Notes: generated from the letters alone by a model not told the origin. Positions 39,563 through 48,458 are shown, counted from the first letter of the stretch. The stretch is 64,000 bases of DNA from Alphaproteobacteria bacterium (GCA_963664465.2 CAXXSU010000008.1:2070-66069), one strand, 5' to 3'. Numbers and translations: made by a program.

Positions 39563-39942
39563 CGGCTCTGGCGGTCTTCGCGAGAGCAAGATGTCTGGCG
39601 GCGGCGATTGCGCTGTCTACCTACGCTTACCCTGGTCCGGCGGCGACGCAGGATTTGCCCATTCCCGAAGACGAGGTAATGTTGGTTAGGATCACCGCCG
39701 AACCCGCGGGCGCAGCCATGCACTGCGATCTCGAGTGGAAACCCTATTATCTGTCGTTCATGCAGTGGCAACGGCGCCACAACTTATGGGACGATGACCA
39801 GATCGCCTTCGTTGGCGCCTATTTCGGTGCTGTGCAGGCGCGCTATAGCCAAAGCCGGATCGACGGCTACTGCACCGAAAACCGGGTGGCAGAAATCATA
39901 ACGCTGAAGGCAGAACGTACGCGCCTGATGGAGCGCCGATAG
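39559..39942 (+). CDS. hypothetical secreted protein, paralog 2 of a tandem pair
   Basis: GTG 39559 overlaps the paralog-1 stop (gtga). Signal-like MTALAVFARARCLAAAIALSTYA, then C(D)LEWKPYY..FMQWQRRH..W..DGYCT..LKAER, collinear with paralog 1. Confidence 0.5.
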   Translation: MTALAVFARARCLAAAIALSTYAYPGPAATQDLPIPEDEVMLVRITAEPAGAAMHCDLEWKPYYLSFMQWQRRHNLWDDDQIAFVGAYFGAVQARYSQSRIDGYCTENRVAEIITLKAERTRLMERR

Positions 39943-39964
39943 TGTCGCGCCTCCTGCATTTGCC

Positions 39965-40810
39965 TCAATAGCGTCCGAGAAATGAATTCACCGCAAGCGC
40001 GAGCGGCAGCAATGCCGCCGGACGGGAATGATTTGCGGAAAACGGATCATGCCCGGCGCGCGCCAGCCGGCGCAAGTAGCCCCGCGCGATTGCAGCAGGC
40101 AGCAGGGCGGACAGGGCCGCTGCCTCCACGTCTGGCCGCAGGGCACCGGCGGCAGCGAGGTGTCCGCGGGCAACATCGGCGATCTCGGCAACAGCGTCAG
40201 CTAATTGCCGCTGCGAAGGTTGGGCGGCCAGCGTGCGCAAATCGAAGCCATGGCGCAGCATCAAATCCGAGGGAAGATAGACGCGATTTTTTGGCAAATG
40301 CCGCGATAAGGCCCGCAACAGTCCGACAAGTGCCCATGCGGTTCCAACATGACCAACCGCTGTCCGCGTCACCTCGGTACTGGCGCCCAAGATCTCGAGC
40401 GCGAGCCAGCCCAAGGTAGCCGACGTTGCCTCGGCATAGTCTTCCAATGCCGCCATCGTTTTCGGCGGACTGTTCTCAAGGTCCCTCTCGCGCGCGTCGA
40501 ACAGACGGTCGAAATAGCGGCGCGACAAATGAGACCGCTCGATAACGGCACCCAACGATTGCACGACTGCATGCGAACGCAAGTCGCCGCGGTAGGCATC
40601 GTCGATGGCTTCGCGCCACCACTGCAGACGGATCTGCCCGAGCATCGGCTCGCTGACCGTCTCACGGATCTTCGCCACCACAATATTGAAGGCGTACAGT
40701 GCAAAGAGCGCTTCTCGACACTCCGACGGAGCAAACAGGACCGTCAGGAAACGGTCGCGGTCATGCGCGCGAACTTCACTGCCGCAATTGCTGAGACTAT
40801 GAGAGGCCAT
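39965..40810 (-). CDS. squalene/phytoene synthase-fold protein lacking both Asp-rich motifs (NDUFAF6-like)
   Basis: RDRFLTVLFAP..REALFALYAFNIVVAKIRETVSEP..IRLQWWREAI..LEDYAEATSATL. The positions of the two DxxxD motifs read NIVVAKIRE and LRALSRHLPKNRVYLP. Confidence 0.7.
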   Translation of the reverse strand: MASHSLSNCGSEVRAHDRDRFLTVLFAPSECREALFALYAFNIVVAKIRETVSEPMLGQIRLQWWREAIDDAYRGDLRSHAVVQSLGAVIERSHLSRRYFDRLFDARERDLENSPPKTMAALEDYAEATSATLGWLALEILGASTEVTRTAVGHVGTAWALVGLLRALSRHLPKNRVYLPSDLMLRHGFDLRTLAAQPSQRQLADAVAEIADVARGHLAAAGALRPDVEAAALSALLPAAIARGYLRRLARAGHDPFSANHSRPAALLPLALAVNSFLGRY

Positions 40811-40910
40811 CCATCAACCCGATTCCTCCACTCGCCAAACACACAGTTACATACAAGCCCGCCTTGCGATATGTAGGCTCGATGGCATCCGACCCGAAAC
40901 AATCCGCTTC

Positions 40911-42155
40911 GTGAGAACGCTCCACATCATCGGCGGCGGTCTGTCTGGTCTATCCGCAGCCGTAGGCGCGGTAGATCAGGGTTGGCGTGCGATCGTCCAT
41001 GAGGCCGCGGCGCAAGCCGGCGGCCGCTGTCGTTCGTTTCACGACGAGGCCCTCGGGCGAACAATCGATAACGGAAATCACCTGCTACTTGGTGCCAACC
41101 GTGCAACGCTGGGATTTCTCGATACGATTGGAGCGCGCGATCAATTGTTGGCGGTTGAGCCCGCCCGGATACCCTTCTTGGACCTGAACAATGGTCGGCA
41201 GTGGTCGCTACGCCCGGGACCGCCGTGGTGGCCGCTGATGGCAAAGCGCGGTATCCCCGACGCAACGATCGGCGATTTTCTGAAATCCGTGCAACTGTTC
41301 TTCGCCGGACCGGACGCCACAGTGTCGGAATGTCTTCCCCACGGTGTGCTGTTCGATCGCTTCTGGTCCCCAATGGCGACAGCAGCCCTCAATACCGACC
41401 CGAAAGACGCTTCAGCGCGTCTTCTCATGGCCATCGTGACGCCAATAATGTTCAGCGGCGCGCAGGCCAGCCGCCCCTACATTGCCCGAAATAGCCTGTC
41501 ACAAACATTTGTCGATCCGGCCGTTGCCTATGTCGAGGCCAACGGCGGAAATGTGCGGCTCGGACGCCGATTGCGCAGGTTAGATGCAACAATCGAGGGT
41601 GTGCAGAAGCTCCAAATTGGCGACGACGAAGAAACGTTGGAAGCGGGCGATCGCGTTATCCTAGCTGTGCCGCCGCAAGCCGCCGCGCAGCTTTTACCGA
41701 ATCTCACCTTACCCCTTTCATCTTCTGCCATCGTTAACGCTCACTTTCGTCTGGACCAGCCCGTGAAGCTGCCCGGCGACGCGCCGTTTGTGGGACTCAT
41801 CGGCGGTACGGCGCAATGGCTCTTCGCCCGCGCCGACGTCGTTGCCGTGACGGTCAGTGCGGCCGATCAGCTTGCCGACAGTCCCATCATTGAGATTGCA
41901 GAGAAGTTGTGGACCGACGTGGCTCGGGCGCTAGCCTTGGATGGCGCTGCGATACCGCCCCACCGAATCATTAAGGAGCAGCGCGCCACATTTGCCCAGA
42001 CACCGGTTGAAGTGGCACGACGGCCAGCGTCAGAGGCGGCAAATCTCGAAAATCTAGCGCTTGCGGGGGATTGGACGGCGACCGGCCTACCGGCGACAAT
42101 CGAGGGCGCCATACGGTCCGGTATGGCAGCGGTAGCGGCTCTTAGCAGCCGGTGA
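40911..42155 (+). CDS. FAD-dependent amine-oxidase-fold oxidoreductase, HpnE (hydroxysqualene dehydroxylase)-like
   Basis: HIIGGGLSGLSAAV..HEAAAQAGGRCRSFHDEALGRTIDNGNHLLLGAN N-terminus resembles HpnE-type proteins. C-terminal LALAGDWTATGLPATIEGAIRSG flavin motif. GTG start at 40911. Confidence 0.65.
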   Translation: MRTLHIIGGGLSGLSAAVGAVDQGWRAIVHEAAAQAGGRCRSFHDEALGRTIDNGNHLLLGANRATLGFLDTIGARDQLLAVEPARIPFLDLNNGRQWSLRPGPPWWPLMAKRGIPDATIGDFLKSVQLFFAGPDATVSECLPHGVLFDRFWSPMATAALNTDPKDASARLLMAIVTPIMFSGAQASRPYIARNSLSQTFVDPAVAYVEANGGNVRLGRRLRRLDATIEGVQKLQIGDDEETLEAGDRVILAVPPQAAAQLLPNLTLPLSSSAIVNAHFRLDQPVKLPGDAPFVGLIGGTAQWLFARADVVAVTVSAADQLADSPIIEIAEKLWTDVARALALDGAAIPPHRIIKEQRATFAQTPVEVARRPASEAANLENLALAGDWTATGLPATIEGAIRSGMAAVAALSSR

Positions 42156-42240
42156 TTGATATCGGCTGGCTCTTGCGAGACCAGGTTGTTGCTCTATACT
42201 GCGCACGTTATCAATCAATGAAATCAGGGGACTGGGACGC

Positions 42241-42348
42241 ATGAAAAATCCGCTTGAATCACTGTCCGGCACCATCCTAATGGGGCTGATCATCCTGGTG
42301 GTAATGGTCGTTGTTGTCGAGGCCATCGGCAGCGGCGGCGCGATCTAA
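42241..42348 (+). CDS. possible 35-aa single-pass membrane micro-protein
   Basis: Below the ORF-track cutoff. ATG 42241 with aggggac upstream. Translation: MKNPLESLSGTILMGLIILVVMVVVVEAIGSGGAI. It ends 29 nt before the next gene. Coding status is unproven. Confidence 0.25.
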   Translation: MKNPLESLSGTILMGLIILVVMVVVVEAIGSGGAI

Positions 42349-42377
42349 TTATCAGAATCGTTGGGGGACAAAACATC

Positions 42378-42887
42378 ATGGATTATTTGGATTACGACTG
42401 GTTGGTTTTCCTGTTTCGATATTTCCACGTCCTGAGCGGCGTCATGTGGATCGGCCTCCTGTGGTATTTCAATTTTGTGCAAATTCCGACCATGCCGAAG
42501 ATCCCCGAGGAGCAGCGCCCGGCCGTCACCGGTCATATCGCGCCCGAAGTTCTGTTCTGGTTCCGCTGGGCCGCGCTTTCGACGGTCGTCACCGGCCTTA
42601 TCCTGGCCTGGATGAACGGCTATCTCGTCGACGCGCTGGCGATCGGCCTGACCGACGGCAGCAGTCGCTCGGCGGCGATCGGCATCGGCATGTGGTTCGG
42701 CCTCATCATGGCCTATAACGTGTGGTTCATCATTTGGCCCAAGCAGCAAATTGCCTTGGGACTTGTCGAAGCAGACGCGTCGCTTAAACCGGCGGCCGGT
42801 CGCACGGCGATGCTGTTCTCACGCACCAACACGATGTTGTCGGTTCCGATGCTCTACGCCATGGTTTCGGCGCAAAACATCTACTAA
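42378..42887 (+). CDS. integral membrane protein resembling the N-terminal membrane domain of PuuD-type urate hydroxylases (no cytochrome c domain)
   Basis: FRYFHVLSGVMWIGLLWYFNFVQ and several further helices. 169 aa with no CxxCH motif. The family call rests on memory of the PuuD N-terminal pattern. Confidence 0.45.
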   Translation: MDYLDYDWLVFLFRYFHVLSGVMWIGLLWYFNFVQIPTMPKIPEEQRPAVTGHIAPEVLFWFRWAALSTVVTGLILAWMNGYLVDALAIGLTDGSSRSAAIGIGMWFGLIMAYNVWFIIWPKQQIALGLVEADASLKPAAGRTAMLFSRTNTMLSVPMLYAMVSAQNIY

Positions 42888-42911
42888 GACGGACATAAAC
42901 CGTCGACGAGG

Positions 42912-42935
42912 AAACGGGGCCTAGCGGCCCCGTTT
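42912..42935. terminator. rho-independent terminator between convergent genes
   Basis: aaacggggcc-tagc-ggccccgttt: a 10-bp stem with a 4-nt loop. A/T runs flank it on both sides, so it could act in both directions. Confidence 0.7.
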
Positions 42936-42979
42936 TCATGTCTGGTTCGGCGTTTCAAGGCGGCTCTGGATTTAGCGGC

Positions 42980-43354
42980 CTAGAGCAGAATCAAAGCTGC
43001 CGCCACCTGTCTTCCCTCTGCAAGCAATGCGTTATAGGTCCGACACGCAGCACCCGTATCCATGGTATCCACGCCAATGCCAGCGGCTCGCAATTCGGCA
43101 CGCAGCTCGCTCTCCATTAGCTGCATTCGCGGTCCGCAACCAACCAGCAACACGTCGACCGAAGGTTCGGCCTGCATTACCAGCTCAAGCGATTGGCTTG
43201 AAACGTCCTTCATCGCCGAAACCGGCCAGGCGATCGTGCGCTCTGGAAATACCAGAACCGAACTCTCATAAACCTTAGTGGCGATGCGAAAACGACCGGG
43301 GCCGTAACTATCTATGACTTGCCGGTCTTGGGGGATGATCGGCGTGACGTCCAT
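42980..43354 (-). CDS. Mth938-like domain protein (DUF498; NDUFAF3-like)
   Basis: IDSYGPGRFRI..SVLVFP..DVLLVGCGP..GIGVDTMDTGAACRTYNALLAEGRQVAAALI. 124 aa. Confidence 0.8.
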   Translation of the reverse strand: MDVTPIIPQDRQVIDSYGPGRFRIATKVYESSVLVFPERTIAWPVSAMKDVSSQSLELVMQAEPSVDVLLVGCGPRMQLMESELRAELRAAGIGVDTMDTGAACRTYNALLAEGRQVAAALILL

Positions 43355-43363
43355 CGACGTTGA

Positions 43364-44308
43364 TCAGGGAACTTCCTGCTCGGCCGTCGGATTTTCGTCC
43401 TCATCGGCGGCGACGCCACGATCCGGCCGGAGATAGAGTAGAACGGGCACCGCAAGCGCGACCGACGAATAGGTTCCAATCAACACGCCCCAAATCAAGG
43501 CAACCGCAAACCCACGGATGACGGCACCACCGAAAATGTAGAGCGCGAACAGTGCCAACAGCGTCGTCAGACTCGTCATGATGGTGCGCGAAAGTGTCTC
43601 GTTGATCGACTGGTTGAAAAGATCGATCAAGGACATCTTCTTGTAGCGCCGCAAATTCTCGCGCACCCGATCGTAGATAACGACGGTGTCGTTGATCGAA
43701 TAACCGGCAATCGTCAGAACCGCGGCCACAGTCGCCAAATTGAACTCCAACGCCAACAACGAAAACAGGCCAATCGTTGTAATAACATCGTGACTCAGGG
43801 CGATAACCGCACCGACTCCGAACTGCCATTCGAATCGAAGCCAGATGTAAAGCAAGATAGCGCCAATCGCGGCCAAGACCGCCCAGGTCGCGGCGCGTTT
43901 GAGTTCGGCGCCCACCGTCGGCCCGACGAACTCGGTACGTCGGTACTCGGCAATAGTGCTGCCCAGCGCATCCTTGACGATGTCGATTGCGCCCTGCTGT
44001 GCACCGTCGCCACCCTCCTGGCGCTGCACGCGAATCAATACATCGTTCACGCTGCCGAACTCTTGCAACGCCACTTCACCGAGCCCCAGACCATTCAATT
44101 GGGTGCGAAGACCGCCGATATCGGCTGGACCATTGGTGCGGACCTCGATCAGGATCCCGCCGAGAAAATCGATTCCCAGATTGAGGCCCTTGCCGAGGAA
44201 CAATCCAGATGACGCCACAACGAGTAAGGCAGATATAACGAAGGTGATCATCCGCTTGTTGACGAAGTCGATCTTGGTGTTGTTGGGAACCAGTCGAAGC
44301 GTTTTCAT
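43364..44308 (-). CDS. secF: protein translocase subunit SecF
   Basis: IDFVNKR.., GLNLGIDFLGG, and C-terminal six-helix membrane domain motifs. 314 aa, directly downstream of secD. Confidence 0.93.
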   Translation of the reverse strand: MKTLRLVPNNTKIDFVNKRMITFVISALLVVASSGLFLGKGLNLGIDFLGGILIEVRTNGPADIGGLRTQLNGLGLGEVALQEFGSVNDVLIRVQRQEGGDGAQQGAIDIVKDALGSTIAEYRRTEFVGPTVGAELKRAATWAVLAAIGAILLYIWLRFEWQFGVGAVIALSHDVITTIGLFSLLALEFNLATVAAVLTIAGYSINDTVVIYDRVRENLRRYKKMSLIDLFNQSINETLSRTIMTSLTTLLALFALYIFGGAVIRGFAVALIWGVLIGTYSSVALAVPVLLYLRPDRGVAADEDENPTAEQEVP

Positions 44309-44324
44309 GCCACGTCGTCCCGGC

Positions 44325-45896
44325 TCATATCGGCAGTGCCTGCGGCCGCGTGATCCGCAGCCAGGTTACGAGAATCATTCGCGTTACCATCACCGCCGTA
44401 AACATCGACGTGACAATGCCAATCGCAAGCGTGATGGCGAACCCTTTTATCGGTCCGGAGCCGAACGCGAAGAGAAGAACCGCCGCAATGAGCGTCGTCA
44501 GATTTGAATCGACGATGGTTATGATCGCTCGCCTATATCCGGCATCAATGGCCGAAATCGGCGTGCGGCCATTGTTTACTTCTTCGCGTATGCGCTCAAA
44601 GATCAGCACATTCGCATCGACAGCCATGCCGATCGTTAGAACAATTCCGGCAATGCCAGGAAGCGTCAGTGTGGCTTGCAGGAGCGACAGCACGGCAACG
44701 ATGAGAACCAAGTTAAGAATCAATGCGAAATCGGCCATGATGCCGAATCGGCCGTAGACGACGACCATGAAGATCGTCACCAGAACGATACCAATGATGC
44801 TGGCAATTCTGCCGGAATCGATCGAGTCTTGTCCGAGCCCGGGTCCGACTGTTCGTTCTTCAAGAATATTCAGAGGTGCCGGCAGCGCGCCCGCGCGCAG
44901 CAAAAGTGCGAGGTCCTGGACCTCTTGAGTGGTGAACTGACCAGTTATTATCCCGCTTCCACCGGGAATCGGCTCCCTGATATTGGGTGCGCTGATAACT
45001 TTGCCGTCGAGCACGATGGCAAGCAGGCGACCCACATTCTGCGCGGTTATGTCGCCGAATTTTCGAGCGCCGATTGAGTTGAAGCGAAAACTGACGACCG
45101 GTCGATTGTTTTGGAATGTCGCCTGAGCATCGATCAGCGTATCGCCACTGAGCTCAACACGTTTTCGTACAAGGTAGCGGCGATTCTGGGCAAGCTCAGT
45201 TGGGTCATCCGACGGCAGCAGCATGATGCCGGGAGGCACCTTGGTCGAGGCGTCGCCAGTGGGTTGCGTAGCGTTGATAAGGTGAAAGGTGAGTTTTGCA
45301 GTCTTGCCAAGCAGACGTTTGACGCGCTCGGGATCTTTGACCCCTGGGAGCTGCACCAGGATTCGATCCTGACCCTGTCGTTGGATTGTCGGCTCGCGTG
45401 TCCCGGTCTCGTCGATACGACGGCGGACAATCTCGATGGACTGGGCAACAGCGCTACTTTGTCGGTCGCGTATAGCTTCTTCGGATAACTGCATCCGAAA
45501 CACACCGTCTGCGCTGAGCAAGATTTCGGCATCTGGATTGAGCTCGGCGATCTGCCTGCGAATATCTTCATTCCGAGCGGGATCGCGGAGGCGAAATACT
45601 GCTCCATTTCCCTCAATTCCGAGGCCGGTGTACCGCACCCGAGCGGTCCGAAGCGTCACCCGCAGCGCATCGACCATGGCCTCGAGCTGCTCGCGAATAA
45701 CAGCGTCAACCTCAACTTCGAGCAGGAGATGCGATCCACCCTGCAAGTCCAATCCCAAGTTGATTTGTTTGCCTGGAGCCCACTCGGGCAGGCCCTCGAA
45801 TGCCTGCTCACCGAACAGGTTCGGCAACGCGTAGAGAAACCCAAACACGCATACGGCTGAAATGAGGATCTTTTTCCAGGGTGGGAAATGCAGCAT
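44325..45896 (-). CDS. secD: protein translocase subunit SecD
   Basis: INLGLDLQGGSHLLLEV, a periplasmic domain, and C-terminal LTLPGIAGIVLTIGMAVDANVLIFERIREE. 523 aa. Confidence 0.93.
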   Translation of the reverse strand: MLHFPPWKKILISAVCVFGFLYALPNLFGEQAFEGLPEWAPGKQINLGLDLQGGSHLLLEVEVDAVIREQLEAMVDALRVTLRTARVRYTGLGIEGNGAVFRLRDPARNEDIRRQIAELNPDAEILLSADGVFRMQLSEEAIRDRQSSAVAQSIEIVRRRIDETGTREPTIQRQGQDRILVQLPGVKDPERVKRLLGKTAKLTFHLINATQPTGDASTKVPPGIMLLPSDDPTELAQNRRYLVRKRVELSGDTLIDAQATFQNNRPVVSFRFNSIGARKFGDITAQNVGRLLAIVLDGKVISAPNIREPIPGGSGIITGQFTTQEVQDLALLLRAGALPAPLNILEERTVGPGLGQDSIDSGRIASIIGIVLVTIFMVVVYGRFGIMADFALILNLVLIVAVLSLLQATLTLPGIAGIVLTIGMAVDANVLIFERIREEVNNGRTPISAIDAGYRRAIITIVDSNLTTLIAAVLLFAFGSGPIKGFAITLAIGIVTSMFTAVMVTRMILVTWLRITRPQALPI

Positions 45897-45921
45897 GGGG
45901 CTGTATGACCGGTCAGCCGTC

Positions 45922-46356
45922 TTACTGTTTTTTGCCCGCGAGTTTGTTGAAAAGACCTCCCTCGCGCTGAACGGCCTTATCCTTGCCGCCGGACTGTTTT
46001 TTACTCTTGTCGCCGGCCTTCGCCGAATCGGACTTAGCCTCGCTGGGCTTGGTCAAGATATCCTGAATGGTCATCCGTGCGACTCGAATTCTGACACCGT
46101 CGGCGATCTCAACCGTCACGTCATCGCTGCCTTCGACAGCTTTCACCACCGTTGCGTAGATTCCGCCGCCAGTGATAATTTTGTCGCCCTTTTTTGTGGC
46201 GGTCACCGACGCACGGTGGGCTTTCTGGCGTTTCTGCTGCGGACGAATCAGCAGGAAGTAGAAGACGGCAAATATCAGGATCAATGGCATGAGCGACACG
46301 AATATGTTGTCGCTGCCAAACCCCGCGGTCTGTGCCCATGCTTCGGAAATAAGCAT
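45922..46356 (-). CDS. yajC: preprotein translocase subunit YajC (with a Lys-rich C-terminal extension)
   Basis: LMPLILIFAVFYFLLIRPQQKRQK..GDKIITGGGIYATV core. 144 aa. Confidence 0.88.
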   Translation of the reverse strand: MLISEAWAQTAGFGSDNIFVSLMPLILIFAVFYFLLIRPQQKRQKAHRASVTATKKGDKIITGGGIYATVVKAVEGSDDVTVEIADGVRIRVARMTIQDILTKPSEAKSDSAKAGDKSKKQSGGKDKAVQREGGLFNKLAGKKQ

Positions 46357-46563
46357 GAAATACTCCTCATTCGTCTGCGACTCAGCGCGCAGTCGGGCGG
46401 ACTATAGCCACCCAAGGCCCAAATGCAATCAAGACTCACGGCCACGTTATTACTGTGCCCGGATGATTGACCTCGCCGTGCCGTGTGGTACGGTCGGCGC
46501 CCGAATCCGCCAACTCAAAACTTTGGAGCGCCACGCTCCGCTATCCGTCAGCCGGCTGGGGAC

Positions 46564-47421
46564 ATGACCGAACGACTGAATGATTCGCTGCTTGGTCGTA
46601 TCGCAGATGCTCTGGAACGCATGGTGCCAACGCGTAACGCCGAAATCGACCTGAACGCCGCCGACGCTTTTGTCTGGCGTGCGGAATCGGAATCGCTCGA
46701 AGCGGTCACGGATGTGAACCGGATCGATCTTGGCTTGCTTCAAGGAATCGATCGCCAGCGCGACATCCTGGTGGAAAACACGCGGCGTTTTTCAAGAGGG
46801 CTGCCGTCCAACAATGCGCTGCTTTGGGGGGCACGAGGCAGTGGCAAGAGTTCGCTCGTAAAAGCAGTTCATGCCCACATTAACGAGGATGCTCCAAACC
46901 CGCTGGTCCTCGTTGAACTCCATCGTGAAGACATACCTACGCTGCCGCGCCTGCTTGGAATTCTGCGGTCACATAGGCGACAAGCGATTTTGTTCTGCGA
47001 CGATTTGTCGTTTACCGAGGCGGACGCCCCATACAAGTCCCTCAAGGCAGTACTGGAGGGTGGAATCGAAGGTCGTCCGAAGAATGTAATATTTTATGCG
47101 ACGTCAAACCGTCGTCATCTGATGCCGCGCGACATGATCGAAAACGAGCGTTCAACCGCGATAAGTCCATCGGAGTCCGTTGAGGAGAAGATTTCTTTGT
47201 CCGACCGATTTGGCCTCTGGCTCGGCTTTCACGCTTGCGATCAGGACACATTTTTCGCGATGATTGAGGGCTATATCGGCTTTTACGGACTCAAGGCCGC
47301 CCCGGATCAGTGGAAAGCCGAGGCGATTGAATGGTCGGTCACGCGGGGTGCGCGTTCGGGCCGCGTAGCCTGGCAGTTTATCCAGGATCTTGCCGGGAAG
47401 TTGGGGCAACCTCTCGACTGA
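46564..47421 (+). CDS. DUF815-type AAA-like ATP-binding protein
   Basis: LLWGARGSGKSSLVKAV Walker A, FCDDLSF Walker-B-like segment, IFYATSNRRHL. Start placed at ATG 46564. Confidence 0.75.
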   Translation: MTERLNDSLLGRIADALERMVPTRNAEIDLNAADAFVWRAESESLEAVTDVNRIDLGLLQGIDRQRDILVENTRRFSRGLPSNNALLWGARGSGKSSLVKAVHAHINEDAPNPLVLVELHREDIPTLPRLLGILRSHRRQAILFCDDLSFTEADAPYKSLKAVLEGGIEGRPKNVIFYATSNRRHLMPRDMIENERSTAISPSESVEEKISLSDRFGLWLGFHACDQDTFFAMIEGYIGFYGLKAAPDQWKAEAIEWSVTRGARSGRVAWQFIQDLAGKLGQPLD

Positions 47422-47429
47422 CAATCCAA

Positions 47430-48458
47430 TCAGCGTTGCGACGCCTGCTCAGACAAATACCGCTTGGGATCAACCGCACGTTTGCCTTTTCGCAACTCGA
47501 AGTGAAGCTGCGGTGTAGTGACGTTACCGCTGCTGCCAACGTGAGCAACCGTTTGACCACGCTTTACAATGTCCCCGCGATTGACCAGAAGCTTCTCGTT
47601 ATGCGCGTAGGCCGACATGAAGCCGCCGGAATGCTTGATCAGCAACAGATTTCCAAATCCGCGTAATTCGTTGCCGCTATAGGCGACGATGCCGTTTTCC
47701 GCCGCCTTAACCGCAGCGCCGCGCGGCGCTAAAATGTTAATTCCATCGTTGTGGAGGCCCTTACCTTTTGGGCCAAACTCAGAAATAACCCGGCCGCCAA
47801 TCGGCCAGGTGAATGTCGCTGACGCTCGCGAAGGCGGTCGCGCCAGAGCGGGCACCTTCCGAGGTTTGGACAAGACCTTATTTGCCGGCTGTTTGGTCGC
47901 ACTGGCATTCGTCTGTGTCTGTGACGCGGCGGTCGTCGTGGGAATAGCGCCGGGCAATTTCAACTTTTGCCCAACGATGATTGTGTAGGGGGGCGGCAAG
48001 CCATTTAGGCGCACAAGCTCGTTCGTCGCGACTTGGTAATGTTGGGCAATTTCGTTAACCGTGTCGCCAGCGACGACCGTGTGCAAACGGGGCGTCGGCA
48101 AACTCAGCCGCTGGCCGACCTTGAGCAGGTAGGGCGGCTTTAGACCGTTGGCGTCAATGATACCGCGGATCGAATTGCCATAACGGCGCGCGATTCCATA
48201 GACCGAATCGCCCTTGCGAACCGTGTAGGCACCATCGGCAGGCCTCGGAATCGAAGCTGGCCTAATGGTGACCTTAAGCGGACGCTCGCCGAATATGACG
48301 ACATCGACTCGGGGTGACGTGCAGCCCGATACGAAGAGCACAATTGCCAAGCCGAACAGCAGCCGAACTGCCGGACGCCCGTTCCAGCTAATCGTGCCGG
48401 GGCAACCAACTCGCGCCGCACTGGCGTTACCAGCCGGCACCACGCTCCACATCCCCAA
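47430..48458 (-). CDS. LysM-domain M23 family metallopeptidase lipoprotein (NlpD-like)
   Basis: Lipobox LFVSGC. Two LysM units (YTVRKGDSVYGIARRYG, HTVVAGDTVNEIAQHY). M23 core GINILAPRGAAV..GNLLLIKHSGGFMSAYAHN..VGSSG. The start is uncertain. Confidence 0.85.
   Translation of the reverse strand: MGMWSVVPAGNASAARVGCPGTISWNGRPAVRLLFGLAIVLFVSGCTSPRVDVVIFGERPLKVTIRPASIPRPADGAYTVRKGDSVYGIARRYGNSIRGIIDANGLKPPYLLKVGQRLSLPTPRLHTVVAGDTVNEIAQHYQVATNELVRLNGLPPPYTIIVGQKLKLPGAIPTTTAASQTQTNASATKQPANKVLSKPRKVPALARPPSRASATFTWPIGGRVISEFGPKGKGLHNDGINILAPRGAAVKAAENGIVAYSGNELRGFGNLLLIKHSGGFMSAYAHNEKLLVNRGDIVKRGQTVAHVGSSGNVTTPQLHFELRKGKRAVDPKRYLSEQASQR

Noticed and set aside
39965-42155. Interpreting the SQS/PSY-like plus HpnE-like pair as a hopanoid or squalene biosynthesis cluster.
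   Set aside because: The synthase-like protein lacks both Asp-rich motifs. No second synthase, cyclase or hpnH is nearby. It is kept as a finding instead.
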